Assembly (NCBI GenBank): GCA_041657385.1
Contig: JBBABZ010000003.1
Location: 8,820 to 72,819, forward strand
Reading direction: 5' to 3'
DNA length: 64,000 bases
DNA from: Minisyncoccota bacterium
GTDB lineage: Bacteria; Patescibacteriota; Minisyncoccia; Minisyncoccales; JAQTVQ01
A program made the position numbers and the translations under genes. Shown piece after piece: positions 1-9,174 of the stretch; the first letter of the stretch is position 1; each line of letters opens with the position of its first letter. The notes under the pieces were generated by a model. It was not told the origin of the DNA, made no database searches, and saw nothing but the letters and a program-made list of their open reading frames with translations.

Positions 1-2
1 TG

Positions 3-536
3 GATTGGGTTGAGGTGCTGGAAATAAAAAATAAAAAATATCAATTTAAAAAATACTCAAATAATGATTGCGGCTTTTTTTATCGCTCAAGTATTTTTAA
101 AAAGAAAGCGCCTAATATGATTATTATCTCAGCTCAATTATCTTTGAGCCAAGGCGGAAAAGAAGCGATAGAAGCAAAGATGAAAGAATATGCCGATTAT
201 CGCAAAGCAAGGCATCCATTGGCTTTTCCTTCTGCCGGCAGCGTATTCAAGAATCACGCCAAGCCGATAAAAAACAAAAGCTTGCTTGCGCAATTTCCGG
301 ATCTGGCCGTCTTTAATCAAAAAGGGGAAATACCCGCCGGCTGGCTGATAGCCAAGGCCGGGCTGACCGGAAAAAAAATCGGCGGCGCGCAAATTTCCGA
401 AAAGCATTCCAATTTTTTCGTGAACTTGGGCAATGCCAAAGCCAAAGACATCCGCGCTTTGATAAAATTTGCAAAAAGGAAAGTCAAAAAAGTTTTCGGG
501 ATAGATTTGAAAGAAGAAATAATTTATTTGTCGTGA
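3..536 (+). CDS. murB: UDP-N-acetylenolpyruvoylglucosamine reductase MurB, C-terminal portion (5' end lies outside window)
   Basis: ORF 15..536 is open in frame to the window edge. It carries the MurB C-terminal domain signature (PSAGSVFKNH ... GAQISEKHSNFFVNLGNAKAKDIRALI). Confidence 0.7.
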   Translation, partial: DWVEVLEIKNKKYQFKKYSNNDCGFFYRSSIFKKKAPNMIIISAQLSLSQGGKEAIEAKMKEYADYRKARHPLAFPSAGSVFKNHAKPIKNKSLLAQFPDLAVFNQKGEIPAGWLIAKAGLTGKKIGGAQISEKHSNFFVNLGNAKAKDIRALIKFAKRKVKKVFGIDLKEEIIYLS

Positions 537-798
537 ATTTCAAATGATTTTTTGATTATTGGACTTTTGCGTATGTTTGAAAATTGAATAAATGAAAATT
601 TATTGAAAATTAGAAATTGAAAATTGAAAATTTTTTCGAAAATAGTTTTCCACATATTGACAAATATTTCCAATGATTGAAAATAAAATAAAGAAGAAAT
701 TCTTTTAAAAAATATCGAAGATTTAGCAGGTAGTGGTCGGCTGCTTGCAGTGATATTCAAGATTTTAATAATTTTTTTAAATTTAAATTAAAAATAAA

Positions 799-861
799 AT
801 GGCTACAAAAAAACCAGCTAAGAAAGCAGCTAAAAAAGTTGCCAAAAAAGGCAAGAAATAG
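799..861 (+). CDS. hypothetical 20-aa lysine/alanine-rich peptide (MATKKPAKKAAKKVAKKGKK)
   Basis: ATG at 799 and TAG at 859-861, found by hand (below the ORF-track size cutoff). A strong intrinsic terminator follows immediately. No similarity is claimed. Confidence 0.25.
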   Translation: MATKKPAKKAAKKVAKKGKK

Positions 862-870
862 TTTTCCTAA

Positions 871-907
871 GCAACCTCCTCTCTCAACGAAAGGAGGTTG
901 CTTTTTT
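871..907 (+). terminator. rho-independent terminator
   Basis: Stem GCAACCTCC (871-879) pairs with GGAGGTTGC (893-901), followed by a T6 run. Confidence 0.6.
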
Positions 908-930
908 AAAAAGCCGTAATCGTAAAAAAT

Positions 931-1278
931 ATGCAAATCATTTTCAGAGCCAATAGAGAATTTTTATTAAGGCCGGAGCTTGAAGATTTTTTCCGGCAAA
1001 AAATGGAGAAACTGGAAAAATTTTTACAAGGAGTTGAACCGATAAAGATGGAGTTGGAAGTTTCTTTGGCTTCCGACCGTTTGCGCAAGGGGAGCTTGTT
1101 CTCCGCCAAAGCGCAATTGTGCTTGCCGAGAAAAAATCTAAGAGCCAGCGGCGAGGGAAGAACAATAAGAAACGCGATGATAGAAACGCGCGACGAGCTC
1201 GAAGAGCAGATCAAAAAATATATGACCCAGCCCATAGCGAAAAAACGATCAGAGAAAAAAGAAAGGAAAGCGTTCTAA
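931..1278 (+). CDS. hpf: ribosome hibernation promoting factor / RaiA (YfiA family)
   Basis: 115 aa with an N-terminal MQI...N pattern and the size and charge profile of sigma-54 modulation / HPF proteins. It is followed by a terminator. Confidence 0.7.
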   Translation: MQIIFRANREFLLRPELEDFFRQKMEKLEKFLQGVEPIKMELEVSLASDRLRKGSLFSAKAQLCLPRKNLRASGEGRTIRNAMIETRDELEEQIKKYMTQPIAKKRSEKKERKAF

Positions 1279-1300
1279 AAAACAAACCAACCCTATAAAA

Positions 1301-1332
1301 AAGATGCACAGGCGCCGCCTGGGCATCTTTTT
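1301..1332 (+). terminator. rho-independent terminator after hpf
   Basis: Stem GATGCACAGG pairs with CCTGGGCATC (one mismatch), followed by TTTTT. Confidence 0.65.
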
Positions 1333-1543
1333 AATTTTGTTTTCCAGCGCTTTGATTTTTTTGGCAAAAGCGATACAATAAGAAAGCTTTTATGGGTCAA
1401 TACCCCGCATATTATGCATCGGAGCTTGTCCCAAGAGGATTCCAAAGGGGTGCCCCCTTTGGCCGTAAAATCGGGGTAGAGACCCCGATTGCGGAGTCAA
1501 ATGGAAAATATAAAATTTGTTAGCAGTACAATAACATTCGATT

Positions 1544-4039
1544 ATGTCAATTTTCAGCAATTTATTCGGCAATTCCAACCAAAAATATCTTGAAAGGATC
1601 CAGCCCTTAATGGAAGAAATAAACGGGCTGGAGAAAGAGCTTGAAAAGCTTTCCGACGATCAGCTGAAGGATAAAACTGCGGAATTCCGAGAGTCTTTAA
1701 AGAATGGGAAAACCTTGGACGATCTTTTGCCGCAAGCTTTTGCCGCGGTGAGAGAGGCCGCCAGGCGCAATTTAAAACAGCGCCATTTTGACGTGCAATT
1801 GATAGGAGGTATTGTTTTGCATCAAGGGCGCATCGCTGAAATGAAAACAGGAGAGGGAAAAACTTTGACCGCCACTTTGCCGGTCTATTTGAACGCGCTT
1901 GAGCAAAAAGGATGCCATTTGATAACGGTCAACGATTATCTGTCCCGCCGCGATGCCGTTTGGATGGGCCAAATTTATAATGCCCTCGGGCTTTCGGTCT
2001 CCTGCTTGAACCACGAGCAATCTTTTCTATATGATCCGGGTTATAAAAAGGAAGACGACCAAAGCGATAAGAAGAGAGACGACTTGGGAGGTTTTTATAT
2101 TGTAGAAGATTATCTTAGGCCTTGCTCCAGGAAAGAAGCGTATCTTGCCGACATCACTTACGGCACCAATAATGAATTTGGTTTTGATTATTTGCGCGAC
2201 AATATGGTTTTTGATCTGGAGGATAAAGCCCAAAGGGATTTGAACTTTGCCATCATTGATGAAGTTGATTCTATTTTGATAGACGAAGCGCGCACGCCTT
2301 TGATCATTTCCGCGCCCGATGCGGAAAGCTCTAATTGGTATAAAGAATTTGCCCGCCTTATTCCGAAAGTTACCAAAGGAGATTACGAAATAGATGAAAA
2401 GCTGAAAGCAGTCACTTTGACCGAAGAAGGCATTAAGAAAATTGAAAATATTTTGGGGGTGGAAAATATCTATGAAGAAAAAGGAATAAAATATCTCCAC
2501 TTTTTGGAACAAGCTTTGCGCGCCCAAACTCTTTTTGAAAAAGATAAGGATTATGTTATTCGCAACGGCGAAGTTATTATCGTTGACCAGTTCACCGGAC
2601 GGTTGATGCCCGGACGCCGCTGGTCCGGCGGGCTGCATCAAGCTATTGAAGCCAAGGAGGGAGTGGCAGTCCAGCCGGAATCGCTTACCTTGGCCACAGT
2701 TACTTTTCAAAATTATTTCAGGATGTATAAAAAGATCGCGGGAATGACCGGAACAGCCGCGACCTCGGCTGAAGAATTCGATAAAGTTTATAAATTGGAG
2801 GTAGCTGTTATTCCGACCAATAAAAAATTAGACAGGAGCGATTCGCCTGACCGGGTCTATAAAACCGAATTGGGAAAATTTAAAGCCGTTGTCGAAGAAA
2901 TAGAGCAAAGGCATAAATTGGGCCAGCCTGTTTTGGTTGGCACCACTTCGATCCAAAAAAATGAGCTGCTGGCCAGGATCCTTGAAAAAAAGACCGGTAT
3001 CGCTTTTGAAGTTTTGAATGCCAAGAACCACGAGAGGGAAGGGCAGATCATCGCCCAAGCTGGAAGACTGGGGGCGGTTACTATTGCCACCAATATGGCT
3101 GGCAGAGGCGTGGATATTCTTCTGGGCGGCAATCCGCCCGATCCGCAGAAAGCGGAAAAGGTCCGCGCCCTTGGCGGACTGCATATCATTGGAACGGAAC
3201 GCCACGAAGCGAGGCGCATTGATAATCAGCTGCGAGGACGCGCCGGCCGCCAGGGAGATCCGGGTTCTACCCAGTTTTTTGTTTCCTTAGACGATGATCT
3301 GATGAGGATCTTCGGGGATAATTTGAAATCCGTGATGGAAAAATTCAATTTGCCCGATGATCTGCCCTTGGAGCATGGCATCATCAGCCGGAGCATTGAA
3401 TCAGCTCAATCGAAAGTTGAGGGAATGAACTTTGACTCCCGCAAGCATCTTTTGGAATACGATGATGTTTTGAACAAACACAGGGAAGTTTATTACCAAA
3501 AGAGAAAAGATCTTTTATCAAAAGATCCGGAGCAGCTTAAGTTTTACGCTCTTGAGATACTCGAAAAAGCGCAATTGTCTTTGGAAGAATACGCCAAAAA
3601 AGAAAATAGCGCCGGCTTTGGCCCAATGAGGCAAATGGAAAAAACTATTTGCTTGAGGATTTTTGATATGCTTTGGATGGAGCATTTGGAGAATATGGAA
3701 AGCTTGAGAGATTCGGTCCGATTAAGAGCGTATGGCCAGCGCGATCCTTTAGTGGAATACAAAAGCGAGGGGCATCGTATGTTCCAGCAGCTTTTAGATA
3801 CTATGGAAAAAGTTGCGGCCAATTCCATCGCGAAGGCTAACATCAGCCCCAGCGTCCAGATTTTACCATCCGGAACTCAAAGACCGGAGTTGCCAAAGGG
3901 GGCTGTTAGTGCTAAAATTTTCAATCAGAATTCAGGATTGAAGCTTGGCCGTAATGATCCGTGCCCCTGCGGGAAGATAGACCCTCAAACGAAGAGGCCG
4001 ATGAAGTACAAAAAGTGCTGCTATCCGAAATACGGATAA
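1544..4039 (+). CDS. secA: preprotein translocase ATPase SecA
   Basis: 831 aa with the SecA DEAD motor (MKTGEGKTLTATLPVYLNAL) throughout and a C-terminal Cys-rich zinc-binding tail (CPCGK...KKCC). Confidence 0.97.
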   Translation: MSIFSNLFGNSNQKYLERIQPLMEEINGLEKELEKLSDDQLKDKTAEFRESLKNGKTLDDLLPQAFAAVREAARRNLKQRHFDVQLIGGIVLHQGRIAEMKTGEGKTLTATLPVYLNALEQKGCHLITVNDYLSRRDAVWMGQIYNALGLSVSCLNHEQSFLYDPGYKKEDDQSDKKRDDLGGFYIVEDYLRPCSRKEAYLADITYGTNNEFGFDYLRDNMVFDLEDKAQRDLNFAIIDEVDSILIDEARTPLIISAPDAESSNWYKEFARLIPKVTKGDYEIDEKLKAVTLTEEGIKKIENILGVENIYEEKGIKYLHFLEQALRAQTLFEKDKDYVIRNGEVIIVDQFTGRLMPGRRWSGGLHQAIEAKEGVAVQPESLTLATVTFQNYFRMYKKIAGMTGTAATSAEEFDKVYKLEVAVIPTNKKLDRSDSPDRVYKTELGKFKAVVEEIEQRHKLGQPVLVGTTSIQKNELLARILEKKTGIAFEVLNAKNHEREGQIIAQAGRLGAVTIATNMAGRGVDILLGGNPPDPQKAEKVRALGGLHIIGTERHEARRIDNQLRGRAGRQGDPGSTQFFVSLDDDLMRIFGDNLKSVMEKFNLPDDLPLEHGIISRSIESAQSKVEGMNFDSRKHLLEYDDVLNKHREVYYQKRKDLLSKDPEQLKFYALEILEKAQLSLEEYAKKENSAGFGPMRQMEKTICLRIFDMLWMEHLENMESLRDSVRLRAYGQRDPLVEYKSEGHRMFQQLLDTMEKVAANSIAKANISPSVQILPSGTQRPELPKGAVSAKIFNQNSGLKLGRNDPCPCGKIDPQTKRPMKYKKCCYPKYG

Positions 4040-4082
4040 TCTTGTTTGACTTAATAACAAATTAATTTTATAGTAGAAAACG

Positions 4083-5501
4083 ATGTCTAAGAAAAATACC
4101 GTTTTGAGTTTGCTTTTCATTATTATTTTAGCGGTTGCGGCCGGCTTTTTTTGTTTTCCCAAATATCTCAACCAAGGGATAGATTGGGCCAATAAAATAA
4201 GCGGCTTAGGGATATATAAGGTTTCGGAAAATGAATTCAGGATGGGACTGGATCTCAAAGGCGGAGTGCGCTTGGAATACCAAGCTGAATTAAAAGATAT
4301 TAAGGCTGAAGACAGAAGCAACGCGATGGAAGGATTGAAAGATGTCATTGAGAGAAGAATCAATGGTTTTGGCGTTGCCGAGCCGCAGATCACCGTTTCC
4401 GGGGGCAACCGTTTAATGGTTGAACTGCCGGGGGTGGAGAATATTGAGGACGCCAAAGAATGGATCGGCCAAACTCCTTGGCTGGAATTCTTAGAGGAAA
4501 GAAATGCGAGCGATACAGAGATGATCATTGCGAAGAGAAAAGAAGTACAGGCTGTTGGAAATGATATGGAAAAAATTCAGCAGATCCCTGATTGGCAACT
4601 GGCCTTGGAAAATCCTTACTATATAAAAACGGAGCTGACCAGCCGTTATTTTAAAAAAGCCGCTTTAAGCTATGATCAAACCAGCAATGATCCGGTCATT
4701 GAAATAGAATTCAAGGACGATGGCGCCAAGCTTTTTGAACAAATTACCGAGAGGAATATCGGGAAAACCCTTGCTATAATGTTGGACGGCCAGTCTATCA
4801 TTGATGTGGGAGCAGGAGCGGTCTACGCTCCGAAAATTGACGAAAAGATCAGCGGCGGGAAAGCGGTTATCACCGGGCAGAAAGATATAAAGCAGGCTAA
4901 AATGATCGTTTCAAGGCTTAATCAGGGAGCTTTGCCGGTGCAGATCGGCCAGCCGATCAGCGAAAGCAAGATAGGCCCGACTTTAGGCAAAGTTTCGCTC
5001 AACGACACTTTGAAAGCCGGATTATTGGGATTTTTGCTGATCATTATCTTTATGGTCGTTTATTACCGCTTGCCTGGCTTGCTGGCTTCGCTGGCTTTGG
5101 TTTTTTATGCATTTTTGTTGCTGGCCATCTTCAAATTAATTTCAGTAACATTAACATTGGCAGGCATCGGAGGAGTTATTCTTTCGATTGGAATGGCTAT
5201 TGATGCCAACGTGCTGATCTTTACCAGAATGAACGAAGAGCTGAAACAGGGCAAGAGCTTCGGACAAAGCGTGGAAGAAGGATTCAACAGAGCTTGGCCG
5301 GCCATCCGCGACGGCAACGCCACAACATTATTAGTGGGATTTATTCTGTTGTTTTTGGGAACCAGTTTTGTTAAAGGATTTGCGACCACTTTGAACATCG
5401 GAATTTTGCTTTCAATGTTCACGGCGATCGTTGTCACCAGAACATTTTTAAGACTGTTCGTTGGAACTAAATTAGAAAAAATAACTTGGCTTTGGAAATA
5501 A
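4083..5501 (+). CDS. secD: protein translocase subunit SecD
   Basis: N-terminal TM helix, periplasmic domain (LDLKGGVRLEYQ), C-terminal 6-TM SecD/SecF block. Confidence 0.93.
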   Translation: MSKKNTVLSLLFIIILAVAAGFFCFPKYLNQGIDWANKISGLGIYKVSENEFRMGLDLKGGVRLEYQAELKDIKAEDRSNAMEGLKDVIERRINGFGVAEPQITVSGGNRLMVELPGVENIEDAKEWIGQTPWLEFLEERNASDTEMIIAKRKEVQAVGNDMEKIQQIPDWQLALENPYYIKTELTSRYFKKAALSYDQTSNDPVIEIEFKDDGAKLFEQITERNIGKTLAIMLDGQSIIDVGAGAVYAPKIDEKISGGKAVITGQKDIKQAKMIVSRLNQGALPVQIGQPISESKIGPTLGKVSLNDTLKAGLLGFLLIIIFMVVYYRLPGLLASLALVFYAFLLLAIFKLISVTLTLAGIGGVILSIGMAIDANVLIFTRMNEELKQGKSFGQSVEEGFNRAWPAIRDGNATTLLVGFILLFLGTSFVKGFATTLNIGILLSMFTAIVVTRTFLRLFVGTKLEKITWLWK

Positions 5502-5505
5502 TCTT

Positions 5506-6435
5506 ATGACAATCAATTTTCTTAAATATAAAAATTTCTTTTTCTTTTTTTCTTTGCTTGTCATTATTTCTTGTATTGCCTTGATGATCATCTGGCCTTT
5601 AAAGCCAAGCATTGAATTCACCGGCGGCAGCGTTTTGGAGATAAAATACCAAGACAATCGTCCGGCTACCCAAGAAGTGCAAGATAAAATAAAAGACCTG
5701 GGGTTAGGCGATGTCGTTATCCAGCAAGTAGAAGATAAAGGCCTTGTTCTAAGAATGCAGTCAACGTCTGAAGAAGTTGAAGGCATCCATCAAAAAGTCA
5801 TTGAAAAACTGAAAGAAACCGGCAATTTTGAAGAGCAAAGTTTTGAAGCTATCGGGCCGGTTGTCGGCAGAGAACTTTACCAAAAAACAGTCCTTTTGGT
5901 GATCGTTTCGCTGACCGCGATGCTTTTATATATTGCTTTCGCCTTTAGGAATGTTCCGGGGCCTGTCAGTCCTTGGATCTACGGATTAGCTTCTTTTTTA
6001 ATGCTTGTCCACGATGTCGTTGTCCCGCTGGGAGTTTTTTCCATCCTTGGAAAATTTTACGGAGTTCAAGTTACCATACCGATCATTACCGCCTTGTTAA
6101 CAGTGGTTGGATACGCGATCAACAATGTGATCGTGGTTTATGACCGAACAAGAGAAAACCTTCAAAGGACCAGGAACATTAATTTTGCCGAGATAGCCAA
6201 TCTCTCTATCAATCAAACTTTAAGCAGGCAGATAAATACTTCTTTAGCCGTATTATTTCCCTTATTCGCCATGTATTTTATAAGCGGAGTCGCTTTAAAA
6301 TATTTCTCTTTAGCTTTAATTTTGGGAATAATCACCGGAACTTATTCTTCGATCTTTTTAGCTACGCCTATATTGGTGGCTTGGTTAAATTTTCGTAATA
6401 GCAGGCAAAAAGCCAAAATCGGCAAAAAGAGATAG
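5506..6435 (+). CDS. secF: protein translocase subunit SecF
   Basis: Lies directly downstream of secD. Carries the FTGGSVLEI motif and C-terminal SecDF TM helices. Confidence 0.9.
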   Translation: MTINFLKYKNFFFFFSLLVIISCIALMIIWPLKPSIEFTGGSVLEIKYQDNRPATQEVQDKIKDLGLGDVVIQQVEDKGLVLRMQSTSEEVEGIHQKVIEKLKETGNFEEQSFEAIGPVVGRELYQKTVLLVIVSLTAMLLYIAFAFRNVPGPVSPWIYGLASFLMLVHDVVVPLGVFSILGKFYGVQVTIPIITALLTVVGYAINNVIVVYDRTRENLQRTRNINFAEIANLSINQTLSRQINTSLAVLFPLFAMYFISGVALKYFSLALILGIITGTYSSIFLATPILVAWLNFRNSRQKAKIGKKR

Positions 6436-6591
6436 GCTCCGCGATTGGGGAGTTAGCCCCGATCTTGCGGCAAAGGGTCGTCCCTTTTGCCGCCATCTTT
6501 CGCATAACTACGCGAAGCTATGACAAAGTGGGATGATCTTCTTAGTGCGCTTCCGATGGGGTATTCAGTAAAGATATCCACAGGTTCGTTA

Positions 6592-6620
6592 TTGACAAAA
6601 ATACTAAAAAGTAGTATAAA
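6592..6620 (+). promoter_or_regulatory. sigma70-type promoter (-35 TTGACA, 17-nt spacer, -10 TATAAA)
   Basis: TTGACA at 6592-6597 and TATAAA at 6615-6620, 10 nt upstream of the ATG at 6630. Confidence 0.5.
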
Positions 6621-6629
6621 AAAAAGGTC

Positions 6630-7691
6630 ATGGATAACGATTTTAAGAAATTTTCTTCAAAACTTTTAGAAGGTTTCCCCTTGCGCAACAAAGAGGTCGT
6701 TTTGCGCAGGTTTGGCTTAACTGAAAGCCAAAAAATGGAAACACTTGAAGCTATCGGCAAAGATTATAAGATCACCCGCGAACGCGTCAGGCAGATCGAA
6801 AATGACAGCTTGAAAAAGCTGAAAGAGAAGATCAAAACTCCAAAAATAGAATCAGAGTTTAAAAATCTGGAATCATATATTTCAGCCGTCTTAAAGCAGT
6901 ACGGCGGTATTAGAAGAGAGGATAAGCTTTTGGCTAATTTAACTGCGGAAAAAAACAAGAATTTCGCCTACTTTATTCTTTCTTTGAGCCCTTTATTCCA
7001 AAGGCTTGATGAAGGAAACGGCTGTTATTCCGTCTGGACTTCCAACAAGGAAACTTTTGAGCTGGCAAAATCATTGTGCCAATCGTTTGAAGTAAAGTTT
7101 CAAAAACTGGAAAAAACATTAACCGAACAGGAAGTTTTTGATATTTACGAAAAAGAGCTAAAGACGCAATTTAATATTTCTTTTGCAAAAGAAGCATTTT
7201 TTTCTTATCTGGAGATTTGCTGCCGTTTGGCGAAAACCGTTGATCAAAAATGGGGTTTGGTCTCTTGGGCGGAAGTCAGTCCCAAAACCATAAAAGACAA
7301 AATAGGAATGGTTCTAAAGTGCGAAAATAAACCTTTGCATTTTCAAGATATCTCTCGCTTGATCGAACAATTGAACGGCAGGCTGGAGAATGTCAAAAAG
7401 ATGTCGCCGCATATTCAAACGGTTCATAATGAGCTGATCAAAAACAATAATTTTGTTTTAGTCGGCAGGGGGATGTATGCCCTTAAAGAATGGGGATATG
7501 AATCCGGCCAGGTTAAAGACATAATTGCAAAGGCTTTAAAAGACGCTTCACAGCCCCTCACCAAAGAAGAGATCATCCAGATCGTGGCCAAGCAGAGAGC
7601 CGTGAAGGAATCAACTGTTTTATCAAGCTTAAGAAACAAGAATCTTTTTGGCAAAGACGAATCCGGCAGATATCAAATCCGTGAAGCCTAA
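6630..7691 (+). CDS. sigma-70 region 4 (HTH) domain-containing protein with ~290-aa C-terminal domain of unknown function
   Basis: N-terminus (LEGFPLRNKEVVLRRFGLTESQKMETLEAIGKDYKITRERVRQIENDSLKKLK) matches the sigma-70 region 4 HTH consensus. Regions 1-3 are absent. Confidence 0.6.
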   Translation: MDNDFKKFSSKLLEGFPLRNKEVVLRRFGLTESQKMETLEAIGKDYKITRERVRQIENDSLKKLKEKIKTPKIESEFKNLESYISAVLKQYGGIRREDKLLANLTAEKNKNFAYFILSLSPLFQRLDEGNGCYSVWTSNKETFELAKSLCQSFEVKFQKLEKTLTEQEVFDIYEKELKTQFNISFAKEAFFSYLEICCRLAKTVDQKWGLVSWAEVSPKTIKDKIGMVLKCENKPLHFQDISRLIEQLNGRLENVKKMSPHIQTVHNELIKNNNFVLVGRGMYALKEWGYESGQVKDIIAKALKDASQPLTKEEIIQIVAKQRAVKESTVLSSLRNKNLFGKDESGRYQIREA

Positions 7692-7831
7692 AAGAGGCGT
7701 TATCTTTTTTTGCAATTTTAGCGTTCTTGTGGGATTATTAAATTGTTATTTTCTAATCCGTTTCAAAGTTTCCGAAAGAAATTTTCTAATCTTATTTCAA
7801 AATTTTCTAGTTGGAAATTAGCTTGTCTTAA

Positions 7832-9133
7832 ATGACAGACCCAGAAACCCTAAAAATCCTTTATCAAATCTTCGGGGCGATCAGCTCCTTTTTTTCGTTT
7901 TGCTGGGAAATTTTTAAGATTTTTTGGTGGATCTTGCCGCCGATCATTTTATTTGAGCCGTTAAAAGAATGGTATCTCAAATTCAAACAGAACGGATGGG
8001 TCAGCAAGCAGAGTTTTATTTTATTGGAATTGAAGATGCCCCGGCAGGAATTAAAGCCGATCAAGGCAATGGAAAATGTTTTTGCTACGCTTTGGAGCAC
8101 TTACGATCCGCCCAACAAAAAAGAAAAATGGTTTGAAGGAAAAATTTTGCTTTATTTCACCTTGGAAATAAACAGTATTGAAGGCGTGCCTCATTTTTAT
8201 ATCCGTATTTCCAAGGCCTTAAGAAAGACAGTGGAATCGGCTGTCTATTCTCAATTTCCGGCCGTTGAGATCTCCGAGGTTCCTGATTATGTCAAAAATG
8301 TTCCTTCGGGCCTGCCGAATAAAGATTGGGATATTTGGGGATGCGATTATGTCCAGTCGAAAAGCGATGCTTATCCGATAAAAACTTACCGTCAATTTTT
8401 TCAAGAGAGCGAAGGGTTGAAAGAGGAAAAACAAATAGAGCCTTTGGCCGCTTTACTGGAAGGGCTGGCCCGTTTTGAAAAAGGAGAACAGCTTTGGATC
8501 CAGATAATGACCCGGCCGATCACTGTGGCAGAAGATAATTATGTCCAAAGAGGAAAAGACGAGATCAATAAATTGGTTGGCCGTCCGGAAAAGGTTGGAA
8601 GAAAATCGTTGTTCAAAGAGTTTTTTGATCTGATCTTTTTCAATATAGCCCCCGGGGGAGCCAAAGAGGGAGAGAAACCGATCATTCCTTCGGAAATGAA
8701 ATTAACGCCAGGGGAAAGGGATGTAGTGCAGATCATCGGCGAAAAAATTTCCAAGCCGGCTTTTTCCACTAATATCAGATTTGTTTATGTGGCCAAAAGA
8801 GAGAATTTTTTCGGCGCTATGAAATTAATCCCAATGGCTTTTTTCAACCAGTTCAACACCCAAAATTTGAACGGCCTGAAACCTTATGGCAAAACAGCTA
8901 CTAAAGTCCAAGCCCCCGCTTTTTTTGTCGGAGCCAGAACTTATTTAAAAAAAAGGATCATGTATCAGAGATTTTGCGATAGAGAAAAAATAGGCGAGGC
9001 ATCTTTTATCCTAAATACTGAAGAGCTGGCTACTATTTTTCATTTTCCGACTTTGGAATCCGTCTCTGAAGCTATCTTGCCCAGGATCGAAACTAAAAAA
9101 GGCAGTCCGCCCTTGGAATTGCCCATTGAATAA
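7832..9133 (+). CDS. hypothetical membrane protein genetically coupled to TraD/VirD4-like ATPase
   Basis: 433 aa with a hydrophobic N-terminal segment (IFGAISSFFSFCWEIFKIFWWILPPIILF). It lies immediately upstream of the coupling-protein-like ATPase, in the same orientation. Confidence 0.55.
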   Translation: MTDPETLKILYQIFGAISSFFSFCWEIFKIFWWILPPIILFEPLKEWYLKFKQNGWVSKQSFILLELKMPRQELKPIKAMENVFATLWSTYDPPNKKEKWFEGKILLYFTLEINSIEGVPHFYIRISKALRKTVESAVYSQFPAVEISEVPDYVKNVPSGLPNKDWDIWGCDYVQSKSDAYPIKTYRQFFQESEGLKEEKQIEPLAALLEGLARFEKGEQLWIQIMTRPITVAEDNYVQRGKDEINKLVGRPEKVGRKSLFKEFFDLIFFNIAPGGAKEGEKPIIPSEMKLTPGERDVVQIIGEKISKPAFSTNIRFVYVAKRENFFGAMKLIPMAFFNQFNTQNLNGLKPYGKTATKVQAPAFFVGARTYLKKRIMYQRFCDREKIGEASFILNTEELATIFHFPTLESVSEAILPRIETKKGSPPLELPIE

Positions 9134-9174
9134 TGTTATCATAGGGGAAGAGATATCAGTTTAAGCCAATCCAA

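Noticed and set aside
138-407. 89-aa minus-strand ORF antisense to murB (and similar antisense ORFs inside secA, pgk, alaS, mreB, murJ, hsdR etc.)
   Set aside because: Fully embedded antisense to well-supported conserved CDSs. Low-complexity translations.
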